A stretch of DNA of 64,000 nt from IMG/VR virus record IMGVR_UViG_3300047494_000112, positions 1 to 64,000 of that record; one strand, 5' to 3'. Both the position numbers and the translations under genes were made by a program. Each line of letters opens with the position of its first letter. Within the stretch, counting starts at the first letter, position 1. This document shows, one piece after another, positions 56,289 to 64,000 of the stretch. The DNA is from a virus. Below the pieces are notes generated by a model. The model made no database searches, was not told the DNA's origin, and worked only from the letters and a program-made list of their open reading frames with translations.

Positions 56289-56956
56289 TCTGGTTTTCCT
56301 AACTCTTTGCCGTAGGCTTCCAATGTTGCTTTGATATCTTTAGCGGTAAACGTTGGTATTGCAGGGGTGTTGGGTGGTGCTGAGGGCTGTATGGCTACAC
56401 CAGGCATACCAAATTGTTTTGCAATCGTCTGCTCTATTATCTTATTGCTATTAGACTTGCTGACATTGAAATGCTTTAGCATAATTTCAGTTGCTCGAAT
56501 AGTCTGTATTTTTTCTGCCAGTTTAAGAGAAGCGCTATTATCCCATTCAACTCCTTCACCATCAATGTCCAACCTAATCATTTCCTCAGCATACCCAAAA
56601 GCAGTTTGCAAGGACATTACTTTTAATGCTAAAGAGGAAAGGGCTTTAGCTGTTTCCTCAGCATGTTCACCAAATTCTTGAAGCGACCTTGCTTTGTTTA
56701 GCTTTGGTCTGTTCTGTTTTTGTGCTAATTTAAACTCTTTGTTCTGTAGCTTAATTGAGCGTTTTAGCTTTAGTGCTGTACGTTCAGACTCAGACAAATC
56801 TTGATGCCTAGGTATTACCTTATTCGTCGCTGTTAAAGTCAAATTTGTCGTCTTTGTTTTTACTGGGTTTGACTTGTCCAAATTTGAGCTTTTTGTTACC
56901 TTTTTTATCTTTGCGCTTTTCAGCTTTTTCGTCAATTTCAGATCTTTCTTCATCAC
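56285..56956 (-). CDS. Hypothetical basic/helical protein
   Basis: The ORF overlaps the helicase 3' end by 137 nt, so the start is uncertain. Confidence 0.55.
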   Translation of the reverse strand: MMKKDLKLTKKLKSAKIKKVTKSSNLDKSNPVKTKTTNLTLTATNKVIPRHQDLSESERTALKLKRSIKLQNKEFKLAQKQNRPKLNKARSLQEFGEHAEETAKALSSLALKVMSLQTAFGYAEEMIRLDIDGEGVEWDNSASLKLAEKIQTIRATEIMLKHFNVSKSNSNKIIEQTIAKQFGMPGVAIQPSAPPNTPAIPTFTAKDIKATLEAYGKELGKPE

Positions 56957-58220
56957 TCAAATCCTTGACAGTCATTGTCTTGTAATCTATTTTGACAGGA
57001 AATCGAAAGCTTAAATTTTCTCTAGCTTTTGGCTGGTCGATCCACATTATTCCAGTTTCTCTAGTAGTTGCATTGGCCGTAAAAAAGAAAGCATTTGAGG
57101 CGTCTTCAACCATGCCTTTGGCGTAACGAATTAAACCTTCTTCGTTCAGCTGTGCTGCAACCGCGATAATCATGTCGTTAATGGCTGCATATCGTTTACA
57201 GAATCTAGTAACGTTCCGCATTGCTTTCCATTGATCGTCACCATCAATTCCCTTTAACAAGCCAATGTAATCAATGAAAATAACATCAAAGCCAAAAGGC
57301 TTTAGCATCATTAATATTTCTTCAGCAGTCAAATCTTCATCAGGAGAAAACAGTGAGAGCGTAGCGCCTACTCGAACCAATTTTTCTCTAAATTTTTCAT
57401 ATCTAGATAAAATGTTACCTTTTTCAAACTTTGTCAAAGTACGAGGGTCATTTAGACGTGACATGTCTGTTTCTGTCAAACGTGATATCTCACGTCTAAG
57501 CATCTGCTCGTTTTTCATCTCTAATGGAACAATTGCAACACGAGCCCCAGCTCTAGCCATGTTGTGTGCCAATTGCCCAATCACAATTGATTTGCCTGCA
57601 CCTGTAGAACCACCAATTAACAATAGCGAGGTCCTTGGAATACCTAAGGCTTTGTCATCATAGGCTTTTATCCCTGTTGGGATAACTCTATCTGGATCAT
57701 ATTCCAGCATTTTTTTGACCGCTTTAACGTCACTACGGTCTTTTGCTCCAACATGAATAAACCAATTATCTGAATTTGTTCCTGTTTTACTTTTGCTCTC
57801 TACTAATTTTGCAGATACTTTGTTTTCTAATTGTTCAATATCCAAAGTCTTTTTTGTTGTAAACTCTCTGGCAATATATTGAGACATTTCTAACATTGAA
57901 CGCATACGTCGATATTTGTGCAATACTCTAATTGCCTTATCAACACTCTCGGGAGGAATTGCTTTCTCTTTAAAGTTAACTAAGCGTTCTCTAACAACCT
58001 CAGGAATAATTGGATCTGTTGTAAGCTCACCCCATGAAATTAGTTCACCTCTTTCTTTTAGCATTGTATTTATTCTGGCAAAGCAAACTTTTCCAGACTT
58101 TGTTGCAAAACAATCGACACCTAGACTAGCAAACAGCTTTGAAGCTTCTTTCTGTGATCTTGTACTTGCAATAGTTCTAATTACTCTTAATTCTAATGGT
58201 AGAGATACACACTTGATCAT
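56820..58220 (-). CDS. dnaB: Replicative DnaB-like helicase
   Basis: GGSTGAGKS Walker A, PLEM, IFIDYIGLL, AAQLN and KARE motifs. Confidence 0.9.
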   Translation of the reverse strand: MIKCVSLPLELRVIRTIASTRSQKEASKLFASLGVDCFATKSGKVCFARINTMLKERGELISWGELTTDPIIPEVVRERLVNFKEKAIPPESVDKAIRVLHKYRRMRSMLEMSQYIAREFTTKKTLDIEQLENKVSAKLVESKSKTGTNSDNWFIHVGAKDRSDVKAVKKMLEYDPDRVIPTGIKAYDDKALGIPRTSLLLIGGSTGAGKSIVIGQLAHNMARAGARVAIVPLEMKNEQMLRREISRLTETDMSRLNDPRTLTKFEKGNILSRYEKFREKLVRVGATLSLFSPDEDLTAEEILMMLKPFGFDVIFIDYIGLLKGIDGDDQWKAMRNVTRFCKRYAAINDMIIAVAAQLNEEGLIRYAKGMVEDASNAFFFTANATTRETGIMWIDQPKARENLSFRFPVKIDYKTMTVKDLSDEERSEIDEKAEKRKDKKGNKKLKFGQVKPSKNKDDKFDFNSDE

Positions 58221-58276
58221 TTCTTTGCCTTAGGATACAATATTTCTACCTTTCCATCCATAGTCTTTAGCTGTTT

Positions 58277-58900
58277 TCATAACACAGACCTATTTCTAGC
58301 AGTTGAAAATATCGCAAGTTCTTTTGGAGTAAAGCTTAAACGAGTTTGACAAAAATTGAAAGGGTTGGACCCACCCAACAACAAAACAACTGTATGGTCT
58401 AAAGATAAGTTTAATATATCTCGAGTCTTTTCAATTTTATTGGAAGAAGAGTCTGTTGAGATACCATCTAAAACCAAAAGCGGCTTATATTCACTGAAGG
58501 ACAATTCAGTATCTTTACCACGCAAAGCATCTAATAGCTTATCGTTAAAGGAAAAATCTACATATTGCCAGACTGGAAGAGTACCTAAAGCAATGTTAGA
58601 ATTTTCTTTTGCAAAAGCCACAGCATTATAAAACCAAGGAACCATGAATTTACGCAACAAAGTGATATCGTCGTTTGAGCTCAAAACAATTCGTCTAGGT
58701 TGACCTGGTAGCTTATCTAAACTCGTATAGACCTTCATTTGATCAGCAATTGATAAGGTAAATGGCGGTTTACCTTCAATTTCCTCATTGTAAGAACGAA
58801 CATGGTCTTTAATTTTAATGGTACAATCGTACAAAAGACCGGAGGGAACTCCGGTTAACTTTAACAATCTCTTTTTCTCTTCGGTGTAGGAGAATTTCAC
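58277..58900 (-). CDS. Degenerate AAA+/DnaC-like putative helicase loader
   Basis: Adjacent to DnaB; LLVLDGI Walker-B-like strand; no intact Walker A. Confidence 0.45.
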   Translation of the reverse strand: MKFSYTEEKKRLLKLTGVPSGLLYDCTIKIKDHVRSYNEEIEGKPPFTLSIADQMKVYTSLDKLPGQPRRIVLSSNDDITLLRKFMVPWFYNAVAFAKENSNIALGTLPVWQYVDFSFNDKLLDALRGKDTELSFSEYKPLLVLDGISTDSSSNKIEKTRDILNLSLDHTVVLLLGGSNPFNFCQTRLSFTPKELAIFSTARNRSVL

Positions 58901-58961
58901 GTCTTTAGCCTATTTATAATATCCATTATCAAACCTTCAAAATCTTTTGTCGTGCTCAATT

Positions 58962-59171
58962 TTACCAGTCTAACAAAGGTTCACGTTGTACGTCAATACA
59001 GGTTACTAGTATTGGCCTTGCATCCCAAACATTGTATAAACTTTCCTTAACAGTGTCTTCCATGCTCTTAGCTTCATGGTCAGCATCCTCACCAGACATT
59101 ACAACTGAATGAGCTACGCATTGATCCAAATTACAAATAACCTCAATTGTAAAAGTGGTTTTAACTTTCAT
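58962..59171 (-). CDS. Hypothetical protein
   Basis: 69 aa; ATGA-coupled. Confidence 0.55.
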   Translation of the reverse strand: MKVKTTFTIEVICNLDQCVAHSVVMSGEDADHEAKSMEDTVKESLYNVWDARPILVTCIDVQREPLLDW

Positions 59172-59389
59172 TCTATTCCCTCACAATGATCTGCAACTCG
59201 GTTCATGGCTTGTGCTAATAACAATACAGCATCGGTTAAGGCTTTGCTTGCACCTGCAGCTTCGACAACGGATATAGCATAGTAAATTGCTGACTCAGCC
59301 AAGGTGTGATGGCTAATGTCACACCTTGTAGGAATTCCATCCCCACGTAAATGGGGTCTATAGTTTTGAGATTTGTAACCTTCGGTCAT
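59168..59389 (-). CDS. Small helical hypothetical phage protein
   Basis: 73 aa; AESAIYYAISVVEAAGA...LTDAV; AGGA RBS. Confidence 0.65.
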   Translation of the reverse strand: MTEGYKSQNYRPHLRGDGIPTRCDISHHTLAESAIYYAISVVEAAGASKALTDAVLLLAQAMNRVADHCEGIE

Positions 59390-59403
59390 CTTGTTTCCTA
59401 ACT

Positions 59404-59432
59404 AAAAAGTGGGAGCGTAATAGCTCCCACTT
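59404..59432 (-). terminator. Rho-independent terminator
   Basis: Perfect 10-bp stem AAGTGGGAGC/GCTCCCACTT, 6-nt loop, followed by a T run on the minus strand. Confidence 0.78.
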
Positions 59433-59441
59433 GCGCCAATG

Positions 59442-59645
59442 TTATAGCAAGGGTCTAGAATATCCAATGCCACCTGTACCTAAACCTAACAAGAGTTGAA
59501 TTAGGTAAATGGCAAAGATAACAGCCACAATAATTTGAATGACTTGTTTAATGTTACCTGGCAAAGGTAACAGGCCAAGAATTAGGGTTACACAGTAATA
59601 GACTAAAGCCATGATTAGTAAAGTAACGAGTAAGCTGATAAGCAT
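59442..59645 (-). CDS. Two-TM small membrane protein (Thivi_2564-like)
   Basis: Two hydrophobic helices linked by LPLPGNIKQ. Confidence 0.65.
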   Translation of the reverse strand: MLISLLVTLLIMALVYYCVTLILGLLPLPGNIKQVIQIIVAVIFAIYLIQLLLGLGTGGIGYSRPLL

Positions 59646-59657
59646 TTTGTATTTCCT

Positions 59658-61367
59658 TTAAAATTTACGTTTAGTTAAAGTGAACTCTCCGCGCACAGGT
59701 TTATTTTGTTTCAATTTCTCTAATATTGTTTTACTACTCCAGTATTTTCCAGCAGGGTTAATTGGTTTGTAGTCTTTTTGTCCAATAATTTGCCAAGCTC
59801 TTTTTAGCTCAGTATCTGACATGCTGTACCTTGGTGTTTCTCCTTTAGGTGCAATTAAATGTGGTCTTATTTCTTTTGTAAAAAGACCTCGAAAGCACCC
59901 TGTTGACTGACCAATTCCATCAATAAAAAGCTTTATTTCTGGATGTTTTTTACCTTTCAGCCACGTTGCAATACGATTAGACATTTGGTACATTAGAGGT
60001 GCGCCAATACCAGCTATAGCTGACATAGGGACCACTAAATAAATCATACTGGGAGCGGAAAGATCTATTCCCTGTTTGATCATAGACCTTATTCCAATTA
60101 AGACTGGAATCTTTCCTTGGTCTGCTCGAAGTAATATGTCTTCTCGATTACAACCGGCATGAAATACCTCTGCAAATTTTTCTTTCAAGCCTTCTTGAAC
60201 CGCCCGTTTGTTGATCAATCTTTGTAATTCAAAAGCATGAGCTTTAAAATCAACAGGGATAATTATGCAGCGATGCCCTTTTGCATAGTCTTTAAAGACT
60301 TGATTGATAATCAAGTCTGTTCTCTTTTCGTTCTTTGCCAAAAATTTCATGGCAAATACCCAAAGCCTATGATTGTATTTTGAGTACACCCCTGTTTCAA
60401 TCAAGGTAATCTTTGGAACAAAGGCTTGAGCATTTGCTCTAGCAACTACTGGACCAATTAACGAGCCAAGTAATATGCTTCGTCCATCTTTTCGGACTGG
60501 CGTAGCTGATAGCCCTAGCCTATATTTACAATCTAATCTTGAAATAAATTTGCTGAAAGCTGGTGCTGCTCCTTGATGAATCTCGTCTGCAACTAATAGA
60601 GAAAATTTTCCTTTTAAATGCTTTTTGATACGTTCAACAGCTGTTTCTTTACGAATAAATTTTTGATAGTTTAGCAACACAATATCGTATTTATCAATGT
60701 TTTTAATGTCTTTTGGGTTTTCAATTAGTCCAATGATTGGCCGTTTTTTCGTTTGAAGATCCGCAATGTTTGTCATTGCTCTACGTTTTTTCTTTTCATC
60801 TCCCATGAAGGTTGCATAAAATTGTCTAAGCAAATCTATCTTGTCAGTTACGATTAAAGTTTTGACATTTAATTCACAAACTATTGCAACGCTACAGACG
60901 GTCTTACCCGACCGTGGCGCTGCTTGAATAATACCTTCTTTGGTTTGAAGCCATTTTGCAACAATGCTCTTTTGATCTACAGTTTGCCTACCGTCTTCAA
61001 TTTGACCTTGATGCAATTTGCCCGTAAATTTTAGTTTGTAAGGCAGCTTGTAAATTGGTCTACGGTCATCAATGTCCTCAAGCTCGATACCTAATACGTC
61101 TTGCAATCGTTCAAGATTGCAAGGGGGCATTGAGATATACTTTTTCTCTCCTATATATTTTTCACGCCACAGCTGAATTTCCGATTTAAATCCTGGGCAC
61201 GTAGAACATTCTACTGCGTGTCTTAGACTTAGCAAAGGACATTTGGCACACATGCTCTCTTGATATAAGCGTACAAGAAAGTGTTTGTGGAGTTTGCTTT
61301 CATCTATTTTTTTGGCTGGAATATGGATTTTTGTATTGATTACAGAGCCTTTTATTACGGCTGTCAA
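59658..61367 (-). CDS. SF2 DNA helicase (UvsW-like)
   Basis: AAPRSGKT, VADEIH, LSATP and QGIDL motifs; N-terminal Cys cluster; TTG start overlapping the tnpB stop. Confidence 0.88.
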   Translation of the reverse strand: MTAVIKGSVINTKIHIPAKKIDESKLHKHFLVRLYQESMCAKCPLLSLRHAVECSTCPGFKSEIQLWREKYIGEKKYISMPPCNLERLQDVLGIELEDIDDRRPIYKLPYKLKFTGKLHQGQIEDGRQTVDQKSIVAKWLQTKEGIIQAAPRSGKTVCSVAIVCELNVKTLIVTDKIDLLRQFYATFMGDEKKKRRAMTNIADLQTKKRPIIGLIENPKDIKNIDKYDIVLLNYQKFIRKETAVERIKKHLKGKFSLLVADEIHQGAAPAFSKFISRLDCKYRLGLSATPVRKDGRSILLGSLIGPVVARANAQAFVPKITLIETGVYSKYNHRLWVFAMKFLAKNEKRTDLIINQVFKDYAKGHRCIIIPVDFKAHAFELQRLINKRAVQEGLKEKFAEVFHAGCNREDILLRADQGKIPVLIGIRSMIKQGIDLSAPSMIYLVVPMSAIAGIGAPLMYQMSNRIATWLKGKKHPEIKLFIDGIGQSTGCFRGLFTKEIRPHLIAPKGETPRYSMSDTELKRAWQIIGQKDYKPINPAGKYWSSKTILEKLKQNKPVRGEFTLTKRKF

Positions 61368-62587
61368 AGTGAGATTCCTCTCTTGCTGTTTAGACGCTCC
61401 GAAGAACGTAGTTTCACAGCCTTAAATTCCCGACCTCTTGTCGGTACTGAGGGTTTAGCCCAAGTTAGAATGTTACGCGCAGCGTTTTTGTCTGCGTGGG
61501 CAGTATTTCCACACCTGCTACAGTGAAAGGTAGTACCTTTCCTATAGTCTTTGCTGGTGCTACCGCACTCACTACAACGCTGACTCGTAAACCTTGGGTC
61601 TACTAAAATGACATTACTACCATATAGCTTGGCTTTCGCTATGGTTTTTGTGATTAGGCTTGAGTGGCCCATTCTTAGCATGTCATGGTTAAGTTTCTTT
61701 TTGTATTCTCCTTTATTTTCAGTCATTCTTTGAATGTTTAAATCTTCAAACTTTATTATCTTAAAGGTCGTAACTAAATGATAGCTCGTTTTTTCTATCC
61801 AATCCTTTCTAACGTTACGTTCTTTTCTATAAAGCTTTGCCACCTTTAATTTCTGTTTGGTTTTATTTTTGCTAGCCTTTTGCTTTCTAGCTAATGCTTT
61901 TTGTTGTTTACGTCTTCTCTTTTCAATTTTAGCTAGTCTTGTTGAAAATTGCTTACCTATGATATCTACATTTCCATTAGATTTGGCAATTGTAATAGGG
62001 CTGTTTACACCTAAATCAATACCACAAGCTTTAGCTGTATGCTCAGTTTCATATCTAAAATCTTCACATTCAACTAGGCATGAAGCATACCATTCTCCGC
62101 AGTCTTTAGAAACGGTTATAGATTTAATTTTCCCCCACTTTAGTCTCTCTAAACCTTTTTCGTTTCTACATTTAACCCAGCCTATGGTCTCCATCCATAG
62201 GTAACCCTCATCGGTATAATCACAAGCCTGTGAAATTTTGAACGACAACTTGCCTATATTTTTAGATTTAAATTTAGGAAATCCAGGGGCTCTACCCGTC
62301 TTTAAATTGGCAAAAAAGTTAGAATAAGCTTGAGTCAAATCTCTCAACGAACAATAGAGTGTATTACCAGGAGTAAGCTTCAACCACTCAAACTTTTTAC
62401 GCTTTTTCATTTTGACTATAGCTTTTGTCATGTCAAAGAACGATAAAGTTTTACCTGTTTTCTTGTAGTGCTTTATACTCTTATCTAAAAAGTAGTTGTA
62501 TACAAACCGCACGTTTCCACAGTTTTGTTCAAACTGTTGTTTTTGTATCTCATTAGGATACAGTTTAAATTTAACACCTATAAACAT
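61364..62587 (-). CDS. tnpB: IS200/IS605-family TnpB RNA-guided endonuclease
   Basis: HTH KLYPN...GNVRFVYN; RuvC GIDLG / FEDL / ADKNAA; Zn-ribbon CSEC...CSRC. Confidence 0.93.
   Translation of the reverse strand: MFIGVKFKLYPNEIQKQQFEQNCGNVRFVYNYFLDKSIKHYKKTGKTLSFFDMTKAIVKMKKRKKFEWLKLTPGNTLYCSLRDLTQAYSNFFANLKTGRAPGFPKFKSKNIGKLSFKISQACDYTDEGYLWMETIGWVKCRNEKGLERLKWGKIKSITVSKDCGEWYASCLVECEDFRYETEHTAKACGIDLGVNSPITIAKSNGNVDIIGKQFSTRLAKIEKRRRKQQKALARKQKASKNKTKQKLKVAKLYRKERNVRKDWIEKTSYHLVTTFKIIKFEDLNIQRMTENKGEYKKKLNHDMLRMGHSSLITKTIAKAKLYGSNVILVDPRFTSQRCSECGSTSKDYRKGTTFHCSRCGNTAHADKNAARNILTWAKPSVPTRGREFKAVKLRSSERLNSKRGISL
61368..61450 (-). ncRNA. Putative TnpB omega-RNA scaffold overlapping the tnpB 3' tail
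   Basis: CCGAC/GTCGG hairpin; GCTGT/ACAGC stem enclosing an ACGTTC-UUCG-GAGCGT hairpin; GAGA-GGAA-TCTC hairpin. Confidence 0.55.
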
Positions 62588-62640
62588 TTTTGTTAGTTTT
62601 ATCCTTCGTCAGTGTCATGTAGCATCTTTACTGTTAAGAG

Positions 62641-62892
62641 TTAACTCAAGTCTAAAGGTGTTTCACAAAAAGCTTTCAATTTTTTAGCAGTATCTTTTCC
62701 TAAAGTTTGTTTTATGTATTCTATCCAACACTCATGTATCGTATCATGAAATTCTTGAGTGCTCTTTAAAACTTTATCTAAATTTTTATCTAACAACTCA
62801 TCAGTAATTCCGACGTTAGTAAACAAAGCTGTACCTATTAGTCTATCTCTTAACACCAGATAGTCCTTTAGACTAAGGTTTTGTTGGGTCAT
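62641..62892 (-). CDS. Hypothetical protein
   Basis: The likely start is the ATG at 62892 with a GAGGA RBS. Confidence 0.6.
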   Translation of the reverse strand: MTQQNLSLKDYLVLRDRLIGTALFTNVGITDELLDKNLDKVLKSTQEFHDTIHECWIEYIKQTLGKDTAKKLKAFCETPLDLS

Positions 62893-62899
62893 ATTTTCC

Positions 62900-62989
62900 T
62901 CAATCAGATTTCCGGCAATACAGTCCACAGTGTTCAGGCCCACAATAGATAAAGCAATTTTTATTTTTAAGCTGTTTTGGTGTAATCAT
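62900..62989 (-). CDS. 29-aa four-cysteine micro-protein
   Basis: MITPKQLKNKNCFIYCGPEHCGLYCRKSD*; fills the intergenic gap. Confidence 0.4.
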   Translation of the reverse strand: MITPKQLKNKNCFIYCGPEHCGLYCRKSD

Positions 62990-63001
62990 TTTACCAGATC
63001 C

Positions 63002-63307
63002 CTAGTGCAAGGTGTCAGAAATTTCATCAGTGTGCCTAACACTGAGGCCAATGATTTGTGAGAGGATTGCCTCTGTCTCTTCTTCACGAATTTTAAGATG
63101 ATCAATTAAAAACCCACTAATTACCTCATAGTCAGTCACTTTTGTAGAATTAAACTCCATTCCCACTATCTTATTTTTGTAGACAGCAAGCGAAATGTCT
63201 TTTACCTTGCTTTTGGTCAATGAAAATTTGGACTTTAATGCAGCAGTGTCATTGAAAAAGATGCCTAATTTGGTAGCTTTGGCGTCGAAGCGGAGAATGT
63301 AGTTCAT
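63002..63307 (-). CDS. Hypothetical protein
   Basis: 101 aa; ATGA-coupled to the SbcC-like gene. Confidence 0.6.
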   Translation of the reverse strand: MNYILRFDAKATKLGIFFNDTAALKSKFSLTKSKVKDISLAVYKNKIVGMEFNSTKVTDYEVISGFLIDHLKIREEETEAILSQIIGLSVRHTDEISDTLH

Positions 63308-64000
63308 TGAGCATTGACCTTTATTTTAGCAGTAGTCTTATTATCTTTTCTAGTTAGTAGGACTGTCGAGGCTGTAGGTAACGATACCACTTTTTCATCA
63401 TGAGGCGTTAGGATAATTACGATCGGAACAAATTGTTGAAGTAAGGGGATAAAGTGCTGAAAAAAATAATTTCTATCTATTTCACTCATTCCGGCTTCAA
63501 CTTCATCCAGAGCTATTATATTTGGCTGTAGTTCCTTTGGCATTAGAATACGAAGAACCAAAGCTGACAAAGCAGAAAATTGTCTACTTTCAGAGCCAGA
63601 AAACGAGTTAACGTCTGCAATACCTCCTGATCTCTCAGCCACTATTGAAAAATTACTTTTTTTCAGATTGGAAGAGAATTTAATAGGCTCTGCAAAAATA
63701 CTACTAGCATATTGATTGCAAAGATTAATGTAATTGCTAACTAGTGTCTGAATGTGTTGAATACGAACACCTTTGGGTGAATAAATTTCAACCAGGTCTT
63801 GCATCAATTTATAGTCTTCTGTCTCTTGTTCAATCTGTTGGATTTCAGCTTTTAATCTAGTATAATTGTTAAGATCAATTTTTCCAGTTGAAACAGCTAC
63901 AGATAGTCTTTGTACCGTTTCATTCAACGGCATTATAGATTTAGACAATTCAGAATGAGTCTCTTTTAGTGCTTTATATCTTTCTCGTATTTGCTCACGC
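63304..64000 (-). CDS. SbcC/Rad50 (gp46-like) ABC ATPase, C-terminal part (runs off the window end)
   Basis: Signature FSGSESRQ, Walker B IALDEVEAG and H-loop LTPH; the frame is open to the window edge. Confidence 0.85.
   Translation of the reverse strand, partial: REQIRERYKALKETHSELSKSIMPLNETVQRLSVAVSTGKIDLNNYTRLKAEIQQIEQETEDYKLMQDLVEIYSPKGVRIQHIQTLVSNYINLCNQYASSIFAEPIKFSSNLKKSNFSIVAERSGGIADVNSFSGSESRQFSALSALVLRILMPKELQPNIIALDEVEAGMSEIDRNYFFQHFIPLLQQFVPIVIILTPHDEKVVSLPTASTVLLTRKDNKTTAKIKVNAQ

Larger units (their letters stand above)
61364..62640 (-). mobile_element. Non-autonomous IS200/IS605 (IS1341-like) insertion, tnpB only; ends not clearly resolved
   Basis: No tnpA nearby; inserted between co-directional replication genes; no clear terminal hairpins seen. 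Confidence 0.55.

Noticed and set aside
58911-58918. T4-like late promoter TATAAATA (minus strand)
   Set aside because: It is a single occurrence in an AT-rich replication region, not repeated upstream of the structural genes, and is likely chance.
59168-59389. Small helical protein as an Acb2/Tad-type nucleotide sponge
   Set aside because: It lacks the motifs I recall for those families, and size and helicity alone are insufficient.
2938-62687. Other short plus-strand and nested ORFs in the track
   Set aside because: All overlap well-supported minus-strand genes and show no motifs; the window is uniformly minus-strand.
1-64000. Alternative genetic code (stop-codon recoding) seen in some jumbo phages
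   Set aside because: Long genes are intact under code 11, and TAA, TAG and TGA all terminate genes at coupled junctions.
1-64000. tRNA or rRNA genes
   Set aside because: No cloverleaf or rRNA-like segment was recognised in the few intergenic gaps.

Overview
The whole window is part of an AT-rich jumbo myophage genome, and every credible gene is on the minus strand. In transcription order (right to left) it holds the end of a replication block: SbcC/Rad50-like ATPase, a solo TnpB, an SF2 helicase and a DnaB-like helicase. Next comes the packaging/head block: terminase, portal, prohead protease, topoisomerase IB, acidic scaffold, decoration protein and major capsid protein. Last is a complete contractile-tail block: sheath, tubes, chaperone, tape measure/lysozyme, baseplate and fibres. 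From recall rather than a search, the architecture (TopIB among head genes, GEINAS-type capsid N-terminus) resembles the Lu11/PaBG/RSL1/Erwinia Y3 jumbo-phage group. The outstanding feature is a dispersed family of 12 closely related genes, plus 3 diverged ones, encoding 24-aa LRV/HEAT-like repeat proteins. Each has a fixed N-cap, 4-7 repeats and a fixed C-cap, with a constant framework and hypervariable surface positions that are shuffled between copies. The copies sit at gene junctions of the head and baseplate operons, are translationally coupled on both sides, and usually carry the next gene's Shine-Dalgarno in their own C-cap codons. The head block also carries a candidate effector arsenal: four ADP-ribosyltransferase-fold proteins (one fused to the repeat), SET, SprT and an Acb1-like 2H phosphoesterase. 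Further observations are a family of His-heptad proteins, a catalytically dead free-standing HINT domain, three tandem membrane micropeptides and a likely tail-chaperone frameshift. All family assignments come from visual motif recognition; no searches were run.
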